This document shows, in pieces, positions 49,032 to 60,555 of a stretch of DNA of 64,000 nt. A model generated the notes under the pieces. That model did not search any database, was not told the DNA's origin, and worked only from the letters and a program-made list of their open reading frames with translations. The stretch's first letter is position 1; each line of letters starts with the position of its first letter. The stretch covers positions 22,762,193 to 22,826,192 of the forward strand of contig NC_057719.1 in assembly GCF_004010195.1 (NCBI RefSeq). The letters run 5' to 3'. A program made the position numbers and the translations under genes. The stretch is from Chiloscyllium plagiosum (Eukaryota).

Positions 49032-51441
49032 TTTAGATGGAGAGGAATTTGTTAAGTTGTACAAGAAAATTTTCTGATTCAGTATATGGATGTACTTACT
49101 ACAGAAGGTGGAAAGCTTGACCTACTCTTGGGAAATAAGTTAGGGCAGGTGACTGAGGTGTCAGTGGGGGAGCACTTTGGGGCCAGTGACCATAATTCTA
49201 TTAGCTTTTAAATAGTGATGGAAAATGATAGTCCAGATCTAAAAGTTGAAGTTCTAAATTGGAGAAAGGCCAATTTCACAGTATTAGGCAAGAACTTTCA
49301 AAAGCTGATTGGGGGTAAAGGGACGGCTGGAAAATGGGAAGCCTTCAGAAATGAACTAACAAGAATCCAGAGAAAGTGTATTCCTGTTATGGTGAAAGGA
49401 AAGGCTGGTAGGTATAGGGAATGCTGGATGACTAAAGAAATTGAGGGTTTGGTTCAGAAAAAGGAGGAAGCATATGTAAGGTCTAGACAGAATAGATCGA
49501 GTGAATATTTAGAAGAGTATAAAGGCAGTAGAAAAATACTTAAGAGGGAAATCGGGAGGGCAAAAAGAGGACATGAGATAGCTTTGGCAAATAGAATTAA
49601 GGAGAATCCAAAGAGTTTTTTTACAAATACATTAAGGACAAAAGGATAACTAGGGAGAGAATAGGGCCCCTCAAAGATCAGCAAGGCAGCCTTTGTGTGG
49701 AGCTGCAGAAAATGTGGGAGATACTAAATGAATATTTTGCATCAGTATTTACTGTGGAAAAGGATATGGAAGATATAGAAAGTAGCAAAATAGAAGGTGA
49801 CACCTTGCAAAATGTCCATATTATAGAGAAGGAAGTGTTGGATGTCTTGAAACGCATAAAGGTGAATAAATCCCCAGGACCTGATCAGGTGTACCCTAGA
49901 ACTCTGTGGGAAGCTAGAGAAGTGATTGATGGGCCTCTTGCTGAGATATTTGTATTATCGATAGTCAGAGATGAGGTGCCGGAAGACTGGAGGTTGGCGA
50001 ATGTGGTGCCACTGTTTAAGAAGGGTGGTAAGGACAAGCCAGGGAACTNNNNNNNNNNNNNNNNNNNNNNNNNNNNNNNNNNNNNNNNNNNNNNNNNNNN
50101 NNNNNNNNNNNNNNNNNNNNNNNNNNNNNNNNNNNNNNNNNNNNNNNNNNNNNNNNNNNNNNNNNNNNNNNNNNNNNNNNNNNNNNNNNNNNNNNNNNNN
50201 NNNNNNNNNNNNNNNNNNNNNNNNNNNNNNNNNNNNNNNNNNNNNNNNNNNNNNNNNNNNNNNNNNNNNNNNNNNNNNNNNNNNNNNNNNNNNNNNNNNN
50301 NNNNNNNNNNNNNNNNNNNNNNNNNNNNNNNNNNNNNNNNNNNNNNNNNNNNNNNNNNNNNNNNNNNNNNNNNNNNNNNNNNNNNNNNNNNNNNNNNNNN
50401 NNNNNNNNNNNNNNNNNNNNNNNNNNNNNNNNNNNNNNNNNNNNNNNNNNNNNNNNNNNNNNNNNNNNNNNNNNNNNNNNNNNNNNNNNNNNNNNNNNNN
50501 NNNNNNNNNNNNNNNNNNNNNNNNNNNNNNNNNNNNNNNNNNNNNNNNNNNNNNNNNNNNNNNNNNNNNNNNNNNNNNNNNNNNNNNNNNNNNNNNNNNN
50601 NNNNNNNNNNNNNNNNTGGCAGATGGAGTTTAATTCAGATAAATGCGAGGTGCTGCATTTTGGAAAAGCAAATGTTAGCAGGACTTATACACTTAATGGT
50701 AAGGTCCGAGAGAGTGTTGCTGAACAAAGAGACCTTGGAGTGCAGGTTCATAGTTCCTTGAAAGTGGAGTCGTAGGTAGATAGGTTAGTGAAGAAGCCGT
50801 TTGGTATGCTTTCCTTTACTGGTCAGAGTATTGAGTACAGGAGTTGGCAGACCATTTTGCAGCATGTACAGGACATTAGTTAGGCCACTGTTGGAATATT
50901 GCATGCAGTTCTGGTATCCTTCCTATCGGAAAGATATTGTGAAACTTGAAAGGGTTCAGAAAAGATTTACAAGGATGCTGTTAGGGTTGGAGGATTTGAG
51001 CTATAGGGAGAGGCTGAACATGTTCGGGCCGTTTTCTCTGGAGCATCGGAGGCTGAGGGGTGACCTTACCGAGGTTTAAAAGATTATGAGGGGCATGGAT
51101 AGGATAAATAGACAATGTCTTTTCCCTGGGGTGGAGGAGTCCAGAACTAATGGACAAAGGTTTAGGGTGAGAGGGAAAAGATATAAAAGAGACCTAAGGG
51201 GCAACTTTTTCACACAGAGGGTGGTATGTGTATGGAATGAGCTGCCAGAGGATGTGGTGGAGGCTAGTGCAATTGCAACATTTCAAAGGCATTTAGATGG
51301 GAATATGAATAGGAAGGGTTTGGAGGGATATGGGCCGGGTGCTGGCAGGTGGGACTAGATTGGGTTGGGATATCTGGTCGGCATGGACTGGTTGGACCGA
51401 ATGGTCTGTTTCCGTGCTGTACATCTCTATGACTCTATCTG

Positions 51442-51568
51442 AAACAGAAAACCAAAATTACTGGAGAAATTCTAGTGAAGGCTCCCTGGACTCAAAACAT
51501 TAGCGTTGTTTACTTCCTACAGCTGCTGCCAGACCTGCTGAGTTCCTCCCACCATTTCTGTTTTTGTT
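51442..51568. mobile_element. Quasi-palindromic PLE pLTR-derived short element
   Basis: aaacagaaa..aaattactggagaaa ... ctgctgagttcctcccaccatttctgttttt (inverted arms). Related to 16150-16545. Confidence 0.55.
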
Positions 51569-51589
51569 AGTGATGATCATTTGCTACTT

Positions 51590-51840
51590 CATTTCTCAGG
51601 GCAGTGTTTTAACCAATCAGATTCAAGCTGCCTGGTTTAAAATTGACTGTCAATCATTCTTGTTTGGCACATTCACGGTTGCAATATCTTACCAATCAGA
51701 TTTCAGTTGCAAACCAATCAACTCTTTCCTCTCATACAGTATAAAAATGGGTTTTCCCCTTTAACTGGTATTCTTGAAGAACGTCCTGATGATTGCAAGC
51801 TGAAAATCTATAATAAATATGTCTTTCTTCAGAAATACTC
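51590..51840 (+). promoter_or_regulatory. Compact promoter-like module (3x CCAAT, TATA) followed by a degenerate hammerhead-like core and AATAAA; probably a retroelement pLTR
   Basis: ACCAATCA with CCAAT at 51613, 51692 and 51714; TATAAAA 51740-51746; CTGATGA 51786-51792; GAAA 51802-51805; aataaa ~51812. Confidence 0.35.
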
Positions 51841-53386
51841 ATCGTAAGATGTCCCAACTATGGCAATTATCATTGGATCATCATAGTATCTGTCCTTTAT
51901 GACACAGTAAATGGCATTGCATAAAACCAATGTTCATAGTTAAATTTATTACTGAACAGCTATTACCCTTGGAATCCCAATTTGTATGGTTAGAACAATT
52001 TAGGATGTTGCTAGAATAATTGGAATCTGCATCTGTTTTATCACAAAGCAGCTGAATATTGCAGAATTGAAGCTATTTTTCTTTAAATATAGATATTTCA
52101 ATCCCACACAGGTGCAAAAATAAAGCCCAGTACGATTAGAGAAAGGAACATTGATGAAGATTCTATTTTTGTTCATTTTTGCCACTGTCAGAATGTTGTG
52201 CAGTTACTGGTAATCGTGTTTGCAAGTCTGTAGAGTTCAAGTTTGGAGGCTGATTTGGAAAGATGCCATCAGGACAAGTTTCCAAAGTGTACTCTCGTTG
52301 ATAGTGAGGGTCACTGGCAGATTCGGCATTAATCTGGCTGGTGTAGCAACAGAAACCAATTAAGGCTGGCAATGAGCCACTTACCTGCAATTCTTCATGT
52401 TGATGCATTCCCCCAGAGATGCAGAAACGTTTTTTCTTGACAGAGGGAGGTCCATATTGCAGTTCATTTGGAGGTTTCAATCAATTTGCTGGCAGTAATT
52501 CACAAAAGGGCCTCTATCCCCAGTTATCCTACAGCTTCTTGTTGGAGACTTTATAATTGCTGAAGGTATCTGCAAGGCAATGATGCTGCTGGCTCTGCAT
52601 TGTCCACACTGCAGGATAAGCTCCAATAGACTGAGCTCTCAGTGCTGAAACCTGACTGCACCCATCTCCAAAACTAGTTCTGTATAAATATGAATGTGTC
52701 TAACATAGCAAAATGTAGCTGTACCTACAATATGGAAAATGCATAACCCACGTTAAATGTACAATGTGGGGCAAAGCCATCAAGAACACACAGTGAAAAT
52801 TATTTAATCAGAATGAGCATTGTAGTTTAAGCACAGAATAGAATCTACACTACATGGCCTCAGTGATCAAGCCAAGTGTACAGCATCTGCAGTATGCAAT
52901 GCAGCATGTCTGAAACTTTCAGGGGAGTTACCTGCAATTAAGTCCATTGGGGCACCCGTTGGTCACGGTATCCAGTGTGGTTAGTCAAGAGCAGTCTTCT
53001 AACCCATCCTAGGCTTCAGTTATAGTCTGAGTGACTTTCAACAGGAATATCATGGTCAGGGACATGTGCGCCCGCTAGCTGGGCATCTGGATGTGCAAGG
53101 GTCTGGCAGTTCAAGTCACTTGAGGAGATATGCTACTGTTATCCTCTTACCTCCATTCATAGAAAGTAAGGGAAAAGGAGGACTAGGGGGAGGGGAGATA
53201 GGTAGTCAGTTGTAATCCCATGTACACAGCTTGTGTGATGACCAGGAGAAGTGTGAAGTCCATGGGTTTGATGGAATGGGCACCGAGGTCAGAGAGAGTG
53301 ATGCTGGGGTCTCATTGGCACATCAGCTCTGAAGCTGAATGCTGCTGGCACAGGACCATTCACTGTAATCTCAACATGAAGAACAT

Positions 53387-53634
53387 GGATTCGATTCCCT
53401 ACAGTATGGAAACAGGCCCTTCAACCCAACAAGTCTACACCGACCCTCCGAAAAGCAACCCACCCAACCCATTCCCCTATCCTGTATTTACCCCTGACTA
53501 ATGTACCTAACACAATGGGCAATTTAGCATGGCAATTCACCTGACCTGCACATCTATGGATTATGGGAGGAAACCAGAGCACCCAGAGGAAACCCTCGCA
53601 GACTCAGGGAGAATGTACAAACTCCATACAGACA
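53387..53634 (-). mobile_element. HE1-type V-SINE, 5'-truncated
   Basis: gattccctacagtatggaaacaggccct tail and V-domain, no head. Confidence 0.88.
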
Positions 53635-53789
53635 GGGTAGTGCACAGTGTTGAAGAGAATGTGTCCAAAAAGATTAACAAATGGTGGGATAAGTGAGATG
53701 ACTTGTGATGGAGTGGGACTGCACCTGCAACCTGTCTTTGGACACGTACTTGAGAACAAATTTGTCCTCAAATACAGAGGTACACACTT

Positions 53790-54745
53790 TAGTTTGTCAT
53801 TTATTTGAATGATTTAGATGGGAATATAGGAGTCATGGTTGGTAAGTTTGCAGATGACATCAAAATTGGTGGTATAGTGCACAGTGAAGAAGGTTATCTA
53901 AGATTACAAAGAGATCTTGATCAACTGGGTCAATAGGCTGAGGAGTGACAGATGAAGTTTAATTTGGATAAATGGGGGTATTGCATTTTGGTAAAACAAA
54001 CAAGGACAGGACTTTTGTAATTAATGGTAGGGCCCGAGATAACGTAATCAGACAGAGAGATAGGAGTTTAGGCACATAATGCTTTGAAATTTGTGTCACA
54101 GGTAGACAGGGTGGTGAAGAAGGAATTTAGTTTGCTTTCGTTGCTCAGACCATTGAGTATAGGAGTTGGGATGTAATGTTGAGTTTAAAGAGGATATTGG
54201 TGAGGCCTCTTCTGGAGTACTGTGTGCAGATCTGGTTGCCCTGCTCTAGTAAAGATATGATTAAATTGGAGAGGATTCAGAAAAGATTTACAAAGATGTT
54301 ACTGGGAATGGTCGGTTTAAGATATAAAGCTACATTGAAACGACTGGGATTTTTTTTCACTGGAGCATAGAAGGTTGAGGGGTGACCTTATAGAGGTTTA
54401 TAAAATCACGATGGGCTCAGTTAAGGTGATTGGCAAGGGTCTTTTCCCGAGGTTTGCAGAGTTCAAAACTAGGGGCATATTTTTACAGTGAGAGGAGAAA
54501 GATTTAAGGACATGAGATGCATCTTTTTCTTGCAGAGAGTGGTTTGTGTGTGGAATAAATTGCCAGAGAAAGTGGTATATCCAGGTCCAAACACAACATT
54601 TGGATAAGTTCTTGAATAGGAAAAATTTGGAGGGATATGTGCCAAGTGCAGGCAGATGGGACTAGTTCAGTTTGGGAGCATGGTCAGTATGGACTGGTTG
54701 AACCAAAGGTTCTATTTCCATGCTGTATGACTCTATGACACTATG
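53790..54745 (+). mobile_element. CR1 RT to 3' end
   Basis: aagtttgcagatgac (KFADD), LVRPLLEYCVQIW.P, LERIQKRFTKM; tail gactctatgacactatg. Confidence 0.9.
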
Positions 54746-55409
54746 GCATGCAGTTGCCCTACTCCCTTGGCGTCCTGCGGCATTGATGGTCTCAATTGCA
54801 CATCCCTGTCACTATCACTGCTGAGGAACTCTCTGAGTAATACACACAGAGTACACACAGCCAAACAAACAGTAGGCAATGATGAGGGACATGGGGTGGG
54901 GCATAAAGTCTTGGAATGAGCTGATGCCATGCTCACTCAGTGCTACTCCTGCTGTTAGATGTGTACGTGTGGTGCTTGTCGTACAGCCTAATCATTACAG
55001 CTTGTTAATGGCCAAGAGGTGATAGCACAGGTTGCAATGCAACATCAACATTTCCTTCAGTATCCCTTTCAGGTCAAAGTTGAAAATCACACAACACCAG
55101 GTTATAGTCCAACAGGTTTATTTGGAAGCATTAGCTTTCAGAGCGCTATTTCTTCATCAAGTGCTTGTGGAGTATAAGATTGTAGGACACAGAATTTATA
55201 GCAATGGTATGATGTAACTCAATTATATATTGAAAAAGACCTGGATTGTTTGTTAAGTCTCTCATCTTTTAGATTGGGTATGTTGGTTTCAGTTCTTTCA
55301 TATGTAAATTCCAGAACTTTCTTAAAGTTACATTCTCAAGTGAACTTTAACAACAGGTGGCCTCAACCAGGACCTTGAGTTCATGCCACACTACAGGTGA
55401 CACCACTGC

Positions 55410-55608
55410 TCTACACACACACACTCTTTCATACACAATCTCTCTCTCATACGCTCACACGTATACTCCTACATTCGCACACGCACCCTCTCACAGACGT
55501 ATACTCTTTACACTCACACTCACACACACATATATACACACACTGTCCCATAGACACTCATACCTCCCTGCACACACACACACCGACAAGCACCTACACG
55601 CACACACA
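55410..55608. repeat. Degenerate (CA)n-rich microsatellite in PLE 3' UTR
   Basis: Interrupted acacac/ctctct runs. Confidence 0.85.
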
Positions 55609-55743
55609 GGTTTGTGGAGTGAACTTGTACTTGCAGAATTACATTTTATTTTGCTCAAAAACTGCATGTTTTATAATTTCAGTTACATCGCACTGTAAAC
55701 TTTTGCTATAAATTCTGTGACCTACGATCTTATACTCCATAAC

Positions 55744-55778
55744 CACCTGATGAAGGAGCAGTGCTTTGAAAGCTAGTG
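55744..55778 (+). ncRNA. Minimal type I hammerhead ribozyme motif (best copy in window)
   Basis: cac-CTGATGA-a-ggagc-agt-gcttt-GAAA-gcta-gtg: stem I cac/gtg, stem II ggagc/gcttt (2 G-U pairs), palindromic agct in place of stem III, CUA cleavage triplet. Confidence 0.7.
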
Positions 55779-57004
55779 CTTCCAAATAAACCTGTTGGAC
55801 TATAACCTGGTGTTGTGTGATTTTCAACTTTGTCCACTCCAGTCCAACACTGGCACCTTCAAATCATGACTACCTTTCTGGTCACTCTGTGTGACTCTAA
55901 AAGTGAAATTTCTAAAACGAGCTTTCCTTATGATTTCTAATTCTCTCTCAAAGACAGATGGAGTTGTTAGGATGATTCAAGCATTCGCTAAAGCTTGAAA
56001 CATTTCACTTTAAATAAAATGATTCAATTCCTGAATTTACAGAATGCTTCAGATTGTCTTCTTACTTCTCCACAGTTTGAATGAAGATTCTCTGGCTTTC
56101 TTCAACAACCCAGTGGGAGAAAGGTTACGAGTAGCAAAGAAAGAGATACTCAGGTGAAAATCACAAGCACGTGCTTTATATTTCAACTGCTTTAAAAAGT
56201 GGCAATGATCAGTTGCCATCTTCCATTCTGGGAAACTCCTGGAAAATCTCAAAGTTGACAATTGTAGTAACTTCACACTGTGTGTGATGCAATTGCCGTT
56301 AACTTTACTGCCCAAAATTATTTTTAAAAGGCACATTGACAAATTTGGAGTTTTTTTCTTTGTGTTCTTTCCAAGTAAATTACCCTCATGATTTGATAAA
56401 CCTCTATAAGGTCACCCCTTAGCCTCCTATGCTCGAGTGATAAAAAATCCCAGTCATTTCAATCTCTTTTTATATCTTAAACTGTCCATTCCCAGTAACG
56501 TCTTTGTAAATCTTTTCTGAATATTCTCCCATTTAGTTGGGGCTTGGAAGGAGGGCACACTAACCCCGTTGGCTCTAACCATCCAATCTCACAGACAAAT
56601 CTCACCTTTTAGTATCCCAATGCTAAGATATAAAGATCATCACTTCAATGTATTGGTCAGCTTACTGTGGAATTTCCCAGGTATTTAGATGCTTATGCTT
56701 CTACCTCAGTGGTTTGGGTTTCGCTGACTAATATGCATTTTCCCCTGAAATCTTTATGGATGGCAGCAGCTGAGATTGATCTGCTCAGATGGTTGTCTTG
56801 ATCATGAAGATTGAAATAATCTCAAGGTGGAGTGTTGAAGACTTCAAATTATTGGACTTAGACTATTTTCATTGGTGGCTTGTTGCATTGTAGGATTGTC
56901 CTTGGAATGAAAGATTGTGGATAATTTTGGAAACAAATGATCTTCATAATTTCTATGCATGTTTCTTCATTGTTGCAGAGCATGTTTTTACCATTTTGTT
57001 TTGA

Positions 57005-60000
57005 TTTAGTAGATTGATTGATTGATTGATTGATTACTGTCATATGTACTAAGATACAGTGAAAAGTGTTGCTTTGGGGTCATAGAGTCATAGAGATGTA
57101 AAGCACAGAAACAGACCCTTGGGTCCAACATCCATACGGACCAGATATCCCAATCTAATCTAGTCCCATTTGCCAGCACTTGGCCCTCTAAACCCTTCCT
57201 ATTCATATGCCCATCTCGATGCCTTTTAAATGTTGCAATTGTACCAGCCTCCAATACTTCTTCTGGCAGCTCATTCCATACATGCACCACCCTCTGTGTG
57301 AAAGATTTGTCCCTTAGGTCTCTTTTATGTCTTTCCCCTCTCACACTAAACATATGCCCTCTAGTTCTGGACTCACCAAACCCAGGGAAAAGACTTTGTC
57401 TATTTATCCTATCCATGCCCCTCATGATTTTGTAAACCTCTATGAGGTCACCCCTCAACCTTCTACACTCCAGGGAAAACAGCCCCAGCCTGTTCAGCAT
57501 CTCCCTATAGCTCAAATCCTTCAACCCTGGCAACGTCTTTGTAAATCTTTTCTGAACCCTTTCAAGTTTCACAGCATCTTTCCGATAGGAAGGAGACCAA
57601 AATTGCACGTAATATTCCAACAGTGGCCTAACCAATGTCCTGTACATGCTGCAACATGACGTCCCAAATCCTGTACTCAATACTCTGACCAATAAAGGAA
57701 AGCATAAAAAACACCTTCTTCACTCCTATCTACCTGTGACTCCAGTTTCAAGGAACTATGAACCTGCACTTGAAGGTCTCTTTGTTCAGCAACACTCCCT
57801 AGGACTTTACCATTATGTATATAAGACCTGCTAAGATCTGCTTTCCCAAAATGCAGCACCTCGAATAATCTAAATTAAACTCCATTTGCTACTTCTCAGG
57901 CCATTGGCCCATCTGCTCAAGATCCCATTGTAATCTGAGGTAACCTTCTTCGCTGTCCACTACACCTCCAATTTTGGTGTCATCTGCAAACTTACAAAAT
58001 ATATCGCCTATGGTCATATCCAAATCATTTACATAAATGATGAAAAGCACCGATCCTTGTGGCACTCCTTGTGGCCTAGTCACAGGCCTCCAATCTAAAA
58101 AACAACCCTTCACCATCACCCTCTGTCTTCTACCTTTGAGCCAGTTCTGTATCCAAATGTCTAGTTCTTCCTGTATTCCATGAGATCTAACCTTGCCAAT
58201 CAATCTCCCATGGGGAACCTTGTCAAATACCTTACTGAAGTCCTTATAGATCACGTCCAACTCTCTGCCCTCATTAATCCTCTTTGCTACTTCTTCAAAA
58301 AACTCAATCAAGTTTGTGAGACATGATTTCTCACACACAAAGCCATGTTGACTATCCCTAATCAGTCGTTGCCTTTCCAAGTACGTGTAAATCCTGCCCC
58401 TCAGGATTCCTTCCAACAACTTGCTCAGCACCAACATCAGGCTTACCAGTCTATAGTTCCCTGGCTTGTCCTTACCACCTTTCTTAAATAATGGCACCAC
58501 GTTAGCCAACCTCCAGTCTTCTGGCACTTCACCTGTGACTATCTATCTACAAATATCTCAGACAGGGCCCAGCAATCACTTTCCTAGCTTCCCACAAAAT
58601 TCTCAGGTACACCTGATCAGGTCCTGGGGGATTTATCCAGCTTTATGCATTTTAAGACATCCAGCACCTCCTCCTCTGTAATATGGACATTTTTCAAGAT
58701 GTCAACATCTATTTCACACATTCTGTATCTTCCATGACAATAAACCCTGATGCAAAATACTCATTTAGTATCTCCCCATCTCCAACGGCTCCACACAAAG
58801 GCAGCCTTACTGATCTTTGAGGGGGCCCTATTTGCTCCCTAGTTACCCTTTTGTCCTTAATGTATTTACAAAAACCCTTTGGATTCTTGTTAACCCTATT
58901 TGCCAAAGCTATCTCATGTCCCCTTTTTGCCCTCCTGATTTCACTCTTAAGTAGACCCCAACTGCCTTTATACTCTTCTACAGATTCTCTTGATTGCTCC
59001 TGTCTATACCTGACATATGCTTCCTTCTTTTTCTTAATCAAACCCTCAAATTCTCTAGTCATCTAGCATTCCCTAAACCTACCAGCCTTTCCTTTCACCC
59101 TAACAGGAATATATTGTCTCTGGACTCTCGTTATCTCATTTCTGAAGGCTTCACATTTTCCAGCCATCCCTTTACTTGCGAACATCTGTCCCCAATCAGC
59201 TTTTGAAAGTTCTTACCTAACACCGTCAAAATTAGCCTTCCTCCAATTTAAAACTTCAACTGTTAGATCTGGTCTTTTCCATCACTATTTTAAAATTGAA
59301 AGAATTATGTTTGCTGACCCCAAAATGCTTGCCACTGACACCTCAGTCACCTGCCCTGCCTTATTTCCCAAGGGTAGATCATGTTTTGCACCTTCTCTCG
59401 TAGGTACATTTACACACTGACTCAGAAAATGTTCCTGTATACTCTTAACAAATTCCTTTCTATCTAAACTCTTAACACTCTGGCAGTCCCAGTCTGTGTT
59501 TTGTGTACAAGCAGATTGTACCCTACAAAGTGCATCAAGGTAATAGAACAGAGTGGAGATTACAATGTCACAGCTGCAGAGAAGGTCCAGAGAGAGAGAT
59601 CAACATTAACATTTCAGAGGTCTGTTCAAAATACTTGAAAACAGCTGGCAGAAGCTGTTCTTGAATCTGTTTGTATGTGTATTCAAACCTTTATATCTTC
59701 TGCCTGATGGAAGAGGGTGGATGAGAGTATAACCAGGGTGAGAGGGGCCTTTCATTCTGTTGGCTGCTTTCCTGAGGCAATGGGAGTTATAGATAGAGTC
59801 AATAGATGGAAGGCTGGCTTGTGTGATGGTCTGGGCTGTGTTCATAACTCTCTCCGGTTTCTTGCAGTCTTGGGAAAAGCTGGTGCCATACCACACAGTG
59901 ATGCATCTAGATAGGATGCTTTCCATGGTGCAAAAGTTGGTAAGAGTCTTTATGGACACACCGAATTTTCTTAGCTCTCTGAGAAAGTCGAAGCATTATT

Positions 60001-60555
60001 GTGCTTTCTTGACTGTAATAACGACGTAGGTGAACCAGAACAGATTGTTGGTAATCATCACTCCCAGGAACATGACGGTCTCAACCATCTCCACCTCAGC
60101 ACCTTTGATGCAGATAGGAGTGTGCCCTCCACTCCACTTCCTGAAGTCAATGACCAGCTCCTTCATTTTGCTGACATTGAATGAGAGACTGTTGCCTTTA
60201 CGCCTTACTGCTAAGCACTTGACCTCTTTCCTGTATTCTGTCTCATTGTTGTCTGAGATCTGATCTACGATGGTGGTATCATTAGCAAACTTGTAAATGG
60301 TGTTGGAGCAGAACTTGGCCACGCAATTGTGATTGAGTATTGTTGGGGGCCAAGTAGACAGCCTTGCAGAGCACTGGTGTTGTGGATGACTGTGGTGGAG
60401 GTAATGTCACCTATTCTTGCTATTGCAGCCTGTGGATCAGGAAGTCGGGGATCCAGTTACAGAGAGGAGAGCAGAGGCTTAGGTCTCAGAGTTTAGAGAT
60501 GAGTTTGTTTGGGATCATGGTGTTGAAAGTGGAGCTGTAATCGATAAGTAGCATT
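57005..60555 (-). mobile_element. Rex1/Babar-clade LINE 3' part, split near its tail by a CR1 (57078-59500)
   Basis: IYKFANDTTIV.QISDNNETEYRKEV, SKMKELVIDFRK, TLTNF..ESILS.CITVWYG, HPLPSGRRY, RFKNSF. The (attg)n tail at 57012-57034 continues the 3' UTR cut at ~59500. Confidence 0.85.
57078..59500 (-). mobile_element. CR1 (HER1-like) ORF2 and 3' end
   Basis: AKRGHEIALANR, PEDWRLANVVPLFKKG, DFSKVFDKVPH, KFADDTK, LVRPLLEY.VQFWSP, gactctatgac tail. Confidence 0.95.

Larger units (their letters stand above)
46373..51438 (+). mobile_element. Near-full-length CR1 (HER1-like) LINE: 5' UTR, ORF1, ORF2, 3' tail; inactivated and carrying two HE1 insertions
   Basis: ORF1 from 47082 MAFSRVICASCQIW...YICNKC...MDRLEKQLEAM (zinc finger + coiled coil), then esterase DSVVRG / HIGTND / VVISGLLPV. 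ORF2 endonuclease DIIAITETWL and PGYKCYRKDR, RT region partly in the gap, tail ctctatgactctat. The 5' boundary is approximate. Confidence 0.92.
55075..55868. mobile_element. Non-autonomous PLE with inverted pseudo-LTR arms
   Basis: 55075-55227 is the reverse complement of ~55672-55832. The right arm starts with a PLE ORF end (GLNQDLEFMPHYR* at 55359-55400), then a CA-rich tract and the pLTR. Confidence 0.88.

Noticed and set aside
52379..52490. Minus-strand cag|gtaagt donor with a short ORF
   Set aside because: All frames hit stops just after the nearest plausible acceptor.
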